The translations under genes were made by a program, and so were the position numbers. 48,665 nucleotides of DNA from Thomasclavelia sp. (GTDB lineage Bacteria > Bacillota_I > Bacilli_A > Erysipelotrichales > Coprobacillaceae), in contig NZ_JAGHEW010000124.1 of assembly GCF_017889095.1 (NCBI RefSeq), forward strand, positions 1 through 48,665, read 5' to 3'. A model generated the notes under the pieces. That model saw nothing but the letters and a program-made list of their open reading frames with translations, searched no databases and was not told where the DNA came from. Below are positions 48,555-48,665 of this stretch, piece by piece (the first letter of the stretch is position 1; each line of letters begins with the position of its first letter).

Positions 48555-48665
48555 ATGAAAACAGAAATTAAAAATGATTCAATTTTAAAGCATCATCTAA
48601 AAAAAGCTGTTAATTTTGTAGATATCTTTAACGCTGCAGCCTTTGACGGTAACAGCATCATTGAT
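48555..48665 (+). CDS. Partial CDS, possibly Rpn-family (PD-(D/E)XK) nuclease/putative transposase, truncated by window edge
   Basis: AGGAGG RBS; MKTEIKNDSILKHHLKKAVNFVDIFNAAAFDGNSIID resembles D..LK....F.DIFNA..F.G..II N-termini. Confidence 0.5.
   Translation, partial: MKTEIKNDSILKHHLKKAVNFVDIFNAAAFDGNSIID

Noticed and set aside
1-48665. tRNA, rRNA, CRISPR arrays, riboswitches
   Set aside because: None recognised by eye. Small structured RNAs could have been missed without Infernal or tRNAscan.

Overview
AT-rich Firmicute chromosomal window. Gene content and yjbA-spx-yjbK-ppnK-rluD-type synteny suggest a gut Erysipelotrichales-like organism; this is inference only. (1) 1-16.7 kb: a Wzx/Wzy capsule/EPS locus led by two tandem NusG-paralog (LoaP-like) genes plus a hairpin and terminator. 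One glycosyltransferase is frameshifted in an A9 tract, and the locus ends in a broken capF/fnlB pseudogene. (2) 16.9-23.1 kb: a two-gene operon encoding a 1719-aa protein with an apparently unusual architecture (2x SpoVG-like, LOTUS-like, ~3x S1, wHTH/Replic_Relax-like, Roc-COR GTPase, degenerate trypsin-like) coupled to an AbiH-family gene. This is the best candidate for an undescribed anti-phage system. (3) 28.2-30.3 kb: a CmdTAC-like toxin-antitoxin-SecB-chaperone triplet lying directly downstream of a decayed IS607 (tnpA/tnpB) relic that the ORF track does not reveal. (4) RloAB/AbiL-like pair, LexA-like/UmuC/YolD mutagenesis cassette, a mannose-family PTS plus SIS and GntR locus, and housekeeping genes. 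All family calls come from motif recognition by eye; no searches were run.
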